From NCBI GenBank assembly GCA_964016885.1, contig OZ024747.1, forward strand, positions 1,116,001-1,180,000: 64,000 bases of DNA, written 5' to 3'. The notes under the pieces are model-generated. The model was not told the DNA's origin. It made no database searches and was given only the letters and a program-made list of their open reading frames with translations. The position numbers were made by a program, and so were the translations under genes. Source of the stretch: Eledone cirrhosa. Its lineage: Eukaryota. Below, one piece after another: positions 51,378-64,000 of the stretch. The first letter of the stretch is position 1. Each line of letters starts with the position of its first letter.

Positions 51378-51953
51378 GGATATTATACATACATGTATAT
51401 ATATATATTATATGTATGTATATATATGCGTGTATGTGTGTATATGTGTGTGTGTATGTGTGTGTACGTATGTATGTGTGTATGTACGTGTATGTGTATA
51501 TATGTATGGCGTGTATATATATGTATGTGTGTGTGTCCGTGTGTATGTGTATATATGCATGTGTGTTTATGTGTGTATGTGTATATATGTACGTGTGTAT
51601 ATGTATATATATATGTGTATATATATGTATATATATGTGTGTGTTTCAATATATATTTCCATTCTCCCCGAATGCTGAGTATTAAAAGAGTGAATGAGGA
51701 TATTTTTCTATCTTTTTTTACGCAATTCCTCTACAAAAGCCAACAATTGCTGTGTAAGAACCTGAGAGAGATTCTACTCTTGGTAATCATTGTTTGTTGT
51801 GTGCACATGATGATGATATGAATGGCAGCCCTGAACAATACATTAACACAGACCAACCAACTTTTTAGTGCAGGGTAAAAGCTGGTTTCAAGGAATGTCT
51901 GATACATTTCATTAAGGGATTGTTCTACACCAGAAATTGGAAACTATTTTTAC

Positions 51954-51984
<31 letters not shown>

Positions 51985-51999
51985 AAAAAAAGACAATAA

Positions 52000-52428
52000 T
52001 ATTATAGTTATTATTATTATTATTTCTATTATTATCAAATTATTATTCAACATTATTGTTATTATTAATATTGTCATTATCATTCAGAATACTATTGCTC
52101 TGGCAGAAAGAGTGAGCCATAGCCATTGGCCAAATGTCGTTTGGGTCATTCCTCTTCCTTCAACTTTCCAACATTCACCTTAGAACCCTTGCTGTTCCCA
52201 GTAAGGCTGTTTTCTGCAGCAATCCTTTCCTGGTAATTCCTGGTTTCTCAAGCCATACATCCAACCTTCTACTAAGTGCTCCCGTGTCTCATAGTTTCCT
52301 CATTTCTCTCTTCAGCTCCTGGTATTTCTCAACTTTCTCACTCTCCTTCACCCTGTCGTCCCAAGGTGAAGTAATATCCATAATACCTACCTTCTTATTC
52401 TTCTTTTCTACGACAGCAATATCAGTAG
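52000..52428 (-). mobile_element. R4/Dong-clade non-LTR retrotransposon 3' fragment (restriction-like endonuclease region)
   Basis: Minus strand: DIAVVEKKNKKVGIMDITSPWDDRVKESEKVEKYQELKREMRKL*..GAL..LQKTALLGTARVLR, followed by a degenerate (TAA)n tail. Confidence 0.8.
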
Positions 52429-52676
52429 CACCTTTTTTCTAGGGGTATTTTGTAGTGTTGCTATAACTTCCAGTCTATGTAAATCTCAACTCTATCATAC
52501 CTTTGGATATATATATATATATATATATGTATTAAAGTGTTAAACAATATTCAATGATTATGTCAAAGAATGAGTTTTACAGTAGATTGGAAGCACTCAA
52601 CGGTAAAAAATAATTTTCTGGAGTTATTAATATTAAAATATAAGTATTAATAAAATAGATGTTCTTTTGATCAATT

Positions 52677-52733
52677 ACATTTTATTATACATATTTCGGA
52701 TGTACAACAGTACGTCCTCATCAGACAAAATAT
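52677..52733 (-). ncRNA. Type I hammerhead ribozyme (left arm)
   Basis: Exact reverse complement of 52805-52861. Confidence 0.85.
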
Positions 52734-52804
52734 AATGATACATGACATACCCTGAGATGTTAAATGGTTAAGATTTAACATCTCAGGGTATATCATGTAT
52801 CATT

Positions 52805-52861
52805 ATATTTTGTCTGATGAGGACGTACTGTTGTACATCCGAAATATGTATAATAAAATGT
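52805..52861 (+). ncRNA. Type I hammerhead ribozyme (right arm)
   Basis: atattttgt CTGATGA ggacgtac-tgtt-gtacatcc GAAA tatgta TA ataaaatgt. Stem I 9 bp with 2 G-U, stem II 7/8. Confidence 0.87.
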
Positions 52862-53070
52862 AATTGATCAAAAGAACATCTATTTTATTAATACTTATAT
52901 TTTAATATATATATATAAACAAGAAGTGTAGGTCAACAGGTTAAAATTATCTTCGTTTATTCATATTCGCTGTTATACATATTTCAGTGATAGCCATTAT
53001 TTATTACACCTGCGCACTTCGTTGAGTGCATACTGAAGTATTGGTAAACAACCAACACATACTCAAAATT

Positions 53071-53103
<33 letters not shown>

Positions 53104-55008
53104 GGCTAAGACTGGGCAACAAGAGACAAGGTGGTTGTTTCTTCCCCACCACCGCACTACCACCACATCTTCTGATGTTACTGTGTTCTGCTTCGTTGTG
53201 CATTTTTAGTGAGTTCAGGTGGGGAGACTTTGATTTTGTGCTGCAATTAGAAATCCTTCAGTTTTGGGGGGGTATTGGCCATGTAGGGGTTTTTCTTGCC
53301 ATTGTTTTAGCATTCTGGAGATCTGTTTTCAATTTAGATTTTATCTTCTTCACAATTGCTGTTGTTTCTCCTTTGTTTTCCTTTTCCTCATAATTATCTG
53401 TTAATTCAGCTTCTGTTTGGAATTTTTGGGCTTCCTTGAAGACAGAAAACAATTGTTTCGTTCATTTTTTGTGCTTATTTCCATTATTTTTCATGAAGTG
53501 TTTTTTTGTAGGCCAACAATTGTTTTATAGTTACATAAGGCCTCTTCCTCTCTGTGATCGTGGTAGGTATAATCTTTCTTCTTATTTTGGGTGGTATCTT
53601 ATTTTTATTGTTTTTCTGACTAGTCCAGCGTCCAGTTCAGAATTTATTGGTCTGTAGTTTTATGGGTTCGCTTTTTCATTATTCCCGGGGATCTGGGTGT
53701 TTTTTTTTTCCATTAGTAAGCCAGTCAAGTGTCAATTCTGGATCCGTCAGCCCCTCAGTAAAGTTTTTGCAAGTAAACCATGTATCCCTTTTAAATAATT
53801 CAACAAGAAGTTCGACATTTTGTCCTTTCCAGTTGCTTGCTATTATTATTATTTTTATTTTTTTTTTATTTACACCTAGAGAGCTCTGAAGAATTTATAA
53901 ATTCAATCGGTACAAAGCTTAAAAGAAAACGTTTGTTTCAGACAAATTATGTTTTCTTTATTTGTCTACCTAGATCATATGGTTTCTAGAAATACTTGTC
54001 ACGCCCTTTGACAAAAATACATTCCCAATCAGGATTAACACAGAACAAATAAGAAAATATTGTACAAGGCTGAGGTTTTAAAAAAAGGAGAATTAATGAC
54101 ATTTCTGTTGACAATGCCTCCAATATATTGACTGAGTATTTTATATACACCCACCAAAAGAAAATATATACAAACATATTTCTGCGTTAGTTCTGTTGTG
54201 TAGCCATCACAACAGAACTCCTCCTAAATCTTGGAATAATATCCTGGGTAAAAAGAGATATCTCGAGGTAAAACGATCCAGATCCGAAAAACAGATATAT
54301 GATCCTAGCTACAGAGTTGGTGTCTTGGCGGGAACAAGATATGTTTCTGGACACACCTCGTCCATACCAATGATTGACAATTGTCAGGACCGAGTGCGAC
54401 CAGCCCTTCCAGAGGGGAATGCTGAAGCTTCTTACATTTGATCAGATGTTTCTAACTATCAGACAAATATCAACTGTGGACTTGAGTGACATTGCAGCAT
54501 GTCATCTAGAGTGTAATTAGAGTAATTGTAAGGACATATTTTCGGTTCATTGACTACACATGCCACAAGTTCATGACATGTATGGTTAACATAGACAAGG
54601 GTGTAGTACTAGAAAATGTACGGTCTGTTTGTGACACTCAAACCCTATAGGTGGGAGGGGTGAGCTTGTCAATGAGGAATTGAGGAGGGAGGGAAACTAT
54701 AAATATTAGATGGTAGCTAAACCATAGGAGATAAATTAGAGATAAATTAGACACGATAAGGTAGAGTGAGGGAATATGGCGATATAAACTGAGTGGGAAT
54801 AGAAATTGGAAAGGACTTTGCAACGGAAGTGATAATGGCAAGAATGGCGCATGTCTGTCTCTCTCTCTCTCTGGTGGTGGTGGTACGTTAGCGAGTGCGA
54901 GGTTGGAGGACTGGCGTGGTAGAGGAAGGGAGGGGTAGTATTTATGACAACAAAAACATATATTAGTTAATAGGGTGTGGTGACAGACAGACAGACAGAC
55001 AGACAGAC

Positions 55009-55042
<34 letters not shown>

Positions 55043-55299
55043 AAACAGGAATAGTATGGAATGTTCAGTTTGGCATTAATTCAACAGGTGGAAATGTTGG
55101 TGGTGGTAGTGGTCGTGGTGGTGTCTGGTGGCGGTGGTGGTGGTGTGTGGGTGGTGTATGATGTGGGAGAAGTGGTGGGAATGCTGCATATGCATGAATG
55201 TGTGTGTATGTGTATGTATGTGTATACATGTATGTGTGTAAGTGATACTTTACTAGATATGTGGTTATTATGTGTTTAAATGTTCATCATATGTATAAT

Positions 55300-57112
<1,813 letters not shown>

Positions 57113-57447
57113 GGAGGCACATGGCTTAGTGGTAAGAGCATTGGCCTTGCAATCGAAAGGTTGTGAGTTCAATTCTCAGACCGGTTGATGTGTTGTTTCC
57201 TTGAGCAAGACACTTTATTTCACATTGCTCCAGTTTACTCAGCTGTAGAAATGAGATGATAGGACTGGGGTCCCTATCATTCCACTGTAAAGTGGTTGTG
57301 TAGGTGTCACAGCAAAAAAGCACCCAGCACTCACTGTAAATGAGGTTGGTGTTAGGAAGAGCATCCAGCTGTAGAAATCAAGCCAGAATCAGTTCCCGTC
57401 CCACCCTTGCAAGCAGGGAAAAAGCGGACTCAAAATGATGATGACGA
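57113..57447 (+). mobile_element. Full-length tRNA-derived SINE family 3
   Basis: A-box TGGCTTAGTGG, B-box GAGTTCAATTC. The 3' half is shared with the RTE LINE 3' UTR (45385-45500). (GAT)n tail. Confidence 0.88.
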
Positions 57448-60400
57448 TATATATATATATATATGAGACATGCAAACACCTACATTCACGACATAACTAA
57501 TCTAGACAAGGTAGAATCGTACAAGTCATAACTAATCTAGTTAACAGGAAGTGCCAAGCAGATGCTCTACAGCTTTGCATACTCTGCATAGTTGTGGTGG
57601 TGGTGATGCCACTGGAGGCTGTGGTGGTGGTGATGGTGGTGACGTGAATGGTGGTGTATATACATTCAGACAGACAGCCACAATGCGTGATCTTCTATTA
57701 TGTGGTCGCTCGACATTCTAGAAATAGCTAACAAATCGTCCTCAAATCACACCTTGACATCTTCAAAAACGGAAGGATATCATGCCCAAAATAGGCCTAT
57801 GTTAATTGTAGCTTGCCTTATTAAGGGCTAATCGAGGGCTAACTCAGGGCTAATCAATAATTACTAGGACAGCAAAGTATGTCAGCCATATTGTCGGAGG
57901 ATACAATATGGCTGACAGTTGTTGTCGAAAGACAGAATTGTGAAACACACTTTGTTGTTTAGTTACCTGCAGACCATCGGACTGGGTTGGAGTGAAACGC
58001 TACCACCACCACCATCTCCAGCCACATCGCAACCACCATCGCCACCACCACCACCACCACTGTAGATAATCACCTCACTTATAACAGATCTCACATTGAA
58101 TACGTAATCCCACCTATGATTATTCAATAAGGATTATCTCCCTTAATCCAATTCAACCAGATTGGTAGATATATGTACATGTACACACACACGTGTGCGT
58201 GTGTGTGTGGGTATGTGTTTATTTTGTGGTACACAAATCTAATAGTGCTCAATGCAACCTTGTGTTGTTAGAAATGTCTAAAGTTTGATATTTGTTTATT
58301 TATGTGTAAAGTAAACAGGGATTATTGTTGCGAATCGCCGTTGTGTTCAATCTCCCCATCTATCAACTATTATTAGTTGGTTGACAAAAACATTTAAATA
58401 TTAGCAGAGCTGGCAGTTTAAGTCATACGAGACAGTTCTCATCTGTTGAGTATCAAAGGAAATTTGACATGTATCGTCTGGTCGGAATTCTTTCTTTAAC
58501 ATAAGGTTGGGTACGGAAGGTAATATAGTCTTTCTCTGTAAGACAGAAATCGCATTAGCTTGATCCGTTCCTAAATGTATCTGCCTTATATAACATAGCT
58601 CATGTGATATTGAAGCTCTCTCTCTCTCACATACACACACACACACTCTCTCTCTCTCTCTAAATACAATTTGCGAGTGTTATGGCTTTCTCAAGATGAT
58701 GATAAGCATACACACATATTTTATATTAGAGATAAACGAACCTACAAAATATAAAGTCTGTATTTCCATAAACTTGCATAAATTTCCAAAAAGCGGGATC
58801 TGGAACTATTCTTCCAGATTCTCATCTGTGAAAATTACCAACAATTCCCTGCAGAAGCGGATATTGAAATATTTTAAAGTTCAGTTCAAGAACTCACAGG
58901 AATGTTAGGAATGTTACAAGAAAAATGTGGTTTAAATATGAAACAATATTAACTGTGAAATATTTTAATATTGTCTTCTGTAAAACTGTTGACTTACAAA
59001 TGTGCGTACATTGTAGTTTGTGTATGTGCCTCTGCGTATGTGTGTCTGTGTATATGCCTGTGTCTGTATGTGTGTTGCGCGTGTGTGTGTGTGTATATGT
59101 GTGTGTATATGTGTTTGTGTGTGTGTCTGTGTGTATATATGTGTGTATATGTGTGTGTGCATGCCTGTGTGTATATATGTGTGTGTGCCTGTGTGTATAT
59201 ATATGTGTGTGTATATGTATGTGCGTGTGTGTGTCTGTGTACACCATATCAGAGGTGTAGGAGTAAGAGATAGAGGTATTTTCCGGAAAATAGTAAGAAA
59301 TTTCTTTCCTGGCTTTGAGAGGTTTATATTGATGGGGGGGGGGGGGGGCAGTAGGTAGTGATGGGGTTGTATCACCAAGGGATGGAAATGGAATCTGGTA
59401 CTGTAGGAATAGGTGTGTGAGCGCGTATATGTGTATGTGTGAGTATATGTGACTGAGTGTGTGTGCATTCGTGTGCATGTGTTGTTTTTATTGGTTGTGT
59501 ACATATATTTAGATAAGTGGCTACGTATGTATGAGGACTGTGCCTTTATGTATGTATAATTTTTGTGAATATATGTGTGTGTGTGTGTGTCTGTGTGAAT
59601 ATATGTGTGTGTGTGTGTGTGTGTGTGTAACATCCATATTTTGTTCTTAGATAAATAGATATGTATTATTAACAGAATAGGCTATGAAACTAGTAGTCCA
59701 TGACCTTTCACTAGCGCCGTGTATTATTCATATATATATATATATATATATCAGAAATGCTGGTGGGCAGAGAAAGAAGAGGCAGCATCAATGTGTGGTG
59801 TAGGTAATAAGGAGTGGTAGTAAATATGCAAGACTGCACTGCAACATGTGCAACTTGTTAGCTGCAATATATTCATGCCTGGCACACTATATATATAACT
59901 GCTATGTATATAATATTCATGTTATGTGTGTGTGTACATATATGTGTATATATATGTGTATGTATATATATATATGGGGCGGGGGTTGCATGTGCATGTA
60001 TATATATATATGTGTGTGTAAATATGTATGTATATATCATTAGCATCATCACAGTTTAACGTCTATTTTCCATACTTATCGAGGCTAAAAATATGAAATA
60101 ATCAACCATAGTAATTGGCTATGTATTTGTGTGTGTGTGTGTGTGTGTAACTCTTTATAATTAAAACACTTGCCCATGCTAGCGTGGAAGATGGACGTTA
60201 AATGAAGATGATGATGATATAGATATATATATATATATATATATTATATATAACTCTTTAACCACCTTAGTTACACACATACACACTTATATAAAACATG
60301 GTAATTAGACATACGCTTTCAAAAATACTTTAAGGGCCACAGAGTTTTATCGTTCAGAGGTAAATTCCATTATCTGAGTTTACCTTTATACGGACTTCCT

Positions 60401-60519
60401 CAATCGTCAGCTTTTGAATGTGCATGTTTCCAGGATGTAGGTTACTTCCGGTGTTCGGATTTTCAAGATCTTTTTTTCTCAACTGATTCGAGGATACTCT
60501 GTTCTGTCCTTACAGAGAG

Positions 60520-60800
60520 TTACACACACATATACAGCTGTGCACACGGGTATATATGTGCAGATATACACAGATATACACATATACAGCTGTACACACA
60601 AGTATATATGTGCACAGATATATACACATATACAGCTGTACACAACGGTATATTTGTGCACAGATATACACAGATATACACACATATATACACAGATATA
60701 CACACATATACAGCTGTACACACAGGTATATATGTGCACAGATATACACAGATATATACATATACAGCTGTACACACGAGTATATATGTGCACAGATATC
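60520..60800. repeat. Degenerate ~46-56-bp CA/TA-rich tandem repeat
   Basis: Recurring tatatatgtgcacagatatacac..atatacagctgtacac. Confidence 0.85.
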
Positions 60801-61334
60801 CACTTTAGCTCGTTACCAGGAATGCTAACAATGGCTTCATGCTTAAGTGTTGGCTTGGGTGTATCCAACCTTAAATTCAGTCTATTTTCCTGGTTGCCTG
60901 CATGTTCTCATTTTGGCATTTAGGCAAGCATGAATCAGTTCTTCAGTATTAGCCAACTTTCTACATTGCTGAGCTAGTATTTCCTGGTTCTGTTGATATA
61001 AGGCGCTATCCTCCAGTTGATGATGTAATCTACGGAACCTTCCTTCCAGGCATAACTGCAGAGTTTCGTTGCATTTTTTTTTCATGTCGGCGATGGAATG
61101 ATGTATGATTATCATAACGTGCTTTGAACTTCCCTTCCATAAGCCTGATGTATCCAGTTTGGCTATGTGGTCTAGTTGGTTGATTGTTCTCTCAGATTAT
61201 GACTTCTGTTTTACAGGTATCACTGTTCCTACATGAGGTCTCGGCTGATTTAGCTAGTGAAGATTTAGTAGTTTTTAAAGTTGGACGTGGAGCTAAGACT
61301 CATTTTAAGATTGTGCCTGATGAGTAGCTTTCTG

Positions 61335-62230
61335 TATATATGGTTAGCTCTCCACTCTCTGCAATCTGTCGCAATGATATTGTCATTAAAACCACCGATA
61401 AAGGTCATGTTGTGCTAGTGTGGCACACTGACCTCTACAAGACTGATCACTCTGCCAGATTCACAAACCTCTTCTTACTCCACCCCTAACCTGTGCCCTT
61501 CACCATCCAAGTACTCATCTCTACCTATCTCACACCCCAATCTACTTCCTCTCCCTAGGCTGTCCCCATGTCTCCTCCAGTAAACTGCCCCATTGAGCTC
61601 ATTTCTTCACCACTAGCCACTGATCTCCCTCCTTACATTCATCTAACAAACCTCATCCACTCCTCTCATGGTCCATCTTGCCTTCACCATAGATATCTCA
61701 CTACTCCTCTGTCCCTCACAATGACAGACTCTCATACATTCTAGATCTACAACCCTCACTCCAGATAACACTTCTACTCTACTCAGCTCATTCTACTACT
61801 GAACTCTGTTTACTTTTCCAGACAGTTCCTCAAGTAGGTTACTGGGGTAGCCATGGGAACTAGAATGGATTCCAACTGCACCAACTTGTCAATTGACTAC
61901 ATTGAGACCCAAATCTTCTAATACACTGGAGCCACCCCCAGAACTACACATATGTCTGTATCAGCACTGCCCCTTTCTCTGTTATGAACAGCTTACTCAA
62001 TCCTTCTATCCCCCTCTTTTACCATCTCTTCCCTCCAATTTCTAGATATCTGTATCAACCACCTTTACTACACCTTTTCAGCCTCCATCTTCTACAAACC
62101 CACTAACACCCACACCAAACACTCCATACGCTATCCCAATTCCTCCATCAGCTCTGCAGCCAAAACCATGATTTTCATATCCAGTTTCCTATGGTCTGTC
62201 GCTTCATCCAGCAAATATACTGCCCCAACA
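61335..62230 (+). pseudogene. Heavily decayed Penelope-like (PLE) reverse transcriptase
   Basis: Ordered motifs: NDIVIKTTDKGHVVLVW (61373), FTIDIS (~61683), GVAMGTRM (61844-61867), FLDI (~62039), IFYKPTNTH (~62086). Many stops, frameshifts and deletions. Confidence 0.78.
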
Positions 62231-62512
62231 CCTTCATCCAAGCAGCCTCATATCATCATCATTTTACATCCTTTTCCCTGCTGGCAAGGGTGGGATGGGT
62301 CCTATTCAGCACAGCATCTCTCCACTTGTCACAGTCCTTTGTCATCTCCTCCATGAGCTTCAGCGATCTGCTCTCACCACCTCCGCCCATGTTTTTCGTG
62401 GTCTACCTCTACCGCATCTTCCTTCTACTAGGATTTCTTGGTACTACTTTACCCAACAGTCATCCTCCATGCACATCATATGTCCATATCATATATATAC
62501 ACACACATAGTA

Positions 62513-62739
62513 AAGTGGTTGTGTAAGTGTCACAATAAAAAGCACCCAGCCCTCACTGAAAAGTGGTCATATAGGTGTCACAACAAAAAGCAGCCATCCA
62601 AACTGTAAATGTGGTTGGTGTTAGGAAAGGCATCCAACCATAGAAATCAAGCCAAAATCAGTTTTGTATGAGCAAAACATGGTCATCCAACCTGGATCTA
62701 TCACAACAAGAGATGACGTTAAATGATGATGATGATGAT
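62513..62739 (+). mobile_element. RTE LINE 3'-UTR fragment (others at 25522-25700, 41682-41870, 62250-62490 on -, 60172-60218 on +)
   Basis: Diverged match to 45385-45613 with (GAT)n tail. Confidence 0.75.
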
Positions 62740-62961
62740 TATATATATATTTATTTTCACGGAGATATATATCTCTGCATCCTCCAAAGTGACATCGAGC
62801 ATCTGGAGATCTTCCTTAATCACATCCAACCATCTGATGCAGGGTCTACTGTGGCACCCCTTCCAATCTGCAGCTGAAGATAATGCCAAAGAACAAATAT
62901 GTTCTTAGATTAAATGGTCAAATGCTGGTCCTGTTGCCAAGATAAACAATGAGCTACAAAT

Positions 62962-64000
62962 GTGTTGGTACCATTACTAATGAAGAGAGTGTTGGCACCA
63001 TTACCAATGAAGACAGTGTTGGTACTATTACCAATGAAGACAGTGTTGGTACTATTACCAATGAAGAGAGTGTTGGTACTATTTCCAATGAAGACAGTGT
63101 TGGTACCATTACCAATGAAGACAGTGTTGGTACTATTACCAATGAAGACAGTGTTGGTACTATTACTAATGAAGACAGTGTTGGTACCATTACCAATGAA
63201 GACAGTGTTGGTACTATTACCAATGAAGACAGTGTTGGTACCATTACCAATGAAGAGAGTGTTGGTACTATTTCCAATGAAGACAGTGTTGGTACTATTA
63301 CCAATGAAGAGAGTGTTGGTACTATTTCCAATGAAGACAGTGTTGGTACCATTACCAATGAAGACAGTGTTGGTACTATTACCAATGAAGACAGTGTTGG
63401 TACTATTACTAATGAAGACAGTGTTGGTACCATTACCAATGAAGACAGTGTTGGTACTATTACCAATGAAGACAGTGTTGGTACCATTACCAATGAAGAC
63501 AGTGTTGGTACCATTACCAATGAAGAGAGTGTTGGTACCATTACCAATGAAGACAGTGTTGGTACCATTACCAATGAAGACAGTGTTGGTACTATTACCA
63601 ATGAAGACAGTGTTGGTACCATTACCAATGAAGAGAGTGTTGGTACCATTACCAATGAAGAGAGTGTTGGTACCATTACCAATGAAGAGAGTGTTGGTAC
63701 CATTACCAATGAAGACAGTGTTGGTACTATTACCAATGAAGACAGTGTTGGTACCATTACCAATGAAGAGAGTGTTGGTACTATTACCAATGAAGACAGT
63801 GTTGGTACCATTACCAATGAAGACAGTGTTGGTACTATTACCAATGAAGAGAGTGTTGGTACCATTACCAATGAAGACAGTGTTGGTACTATTACCAATG
63901 AAGACAGTGTTGGTACCATTACCAATGAAGAGAGTGTTGGTACTATTACCAATGAAGACAGTGTTGGTACCATTACCAATGAAGACAGTGTTGGTACTAT
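62962..64000. repeat. 27-bp minisatellite, >=38 copies, runs off the window
   Basis: Unit gtgttggtacYattaccaatgaagaSa. Confidence 0.97.

Larger units (their letters stand above)
52630..52908. mobile_element. 136-bp-arm palindrome carrying two hammerheads (family C)
   Basis: Arms 52630-52765 / 52773-52908 with one mismatch seen and a 7-nt spacer. Confidence 0.88.

Noticed and set aside
53140-54850. Possible decayed PLE N-terminal RT or GIY-YIG remnants on minus next to the HHR palindrome
   Set aside because: Only faint hints (GGSAVV, TCGM). A TBLASTN search is needed; not supportable by eye.
57880-57917. 15-bp perfect hairpin followed by ctgacag..gaaa
   Set aside because: The core is not CUGANGA and there is no stem I. 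Isolated hairpin of unknown meaning.
61317-61335. CTGATGAG motif before the PLE relic
   Set aside because: No stem II or GAAA follows.

Overview
AT-rich, repeat-dominated eukaryotic DNA. The inference from the giant interrupted (TA)n tracts and the SINE/LINE/MITE types is a cephalopod (octopus-like) genome. There is one 200-N gap. Almost all ORFs in the supplied track are microsatellite artefacts. There is one credible host coding exon (35232-36918): five C2H2 fingers plus a C-terminal Ikaros/Hunchback-type finger pair. Retroelements include a 5'-truncated RTE-type LINE with a PHD-like finger inside its RT, a CR1-type LINE, RTE and R4/Dong 3' fragments, a decayed Penelope RT and three tRNA-derived SINE families. 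Satellites have 37, 64, 68 and 27 bp units; the 64-bp one derives from the end of a piggyBac-type MITE. The strongest unannotated signal is a set of non-coding fold-back/tandem elements carrying minimal type I hammerhead ribozymes. I folded eight motifs by hand in four unrelated sequence families, including a 466-bp x3 array and a 136-bp-arm palindrome with a ribozyme on each strand. They look like non-autonomous Penelope-type pseudo-LTR or retrozyme elements embedded in TA microsatellites. Hammerheads in Penelope elements are known in general; whether these families are described cannot be checked here.
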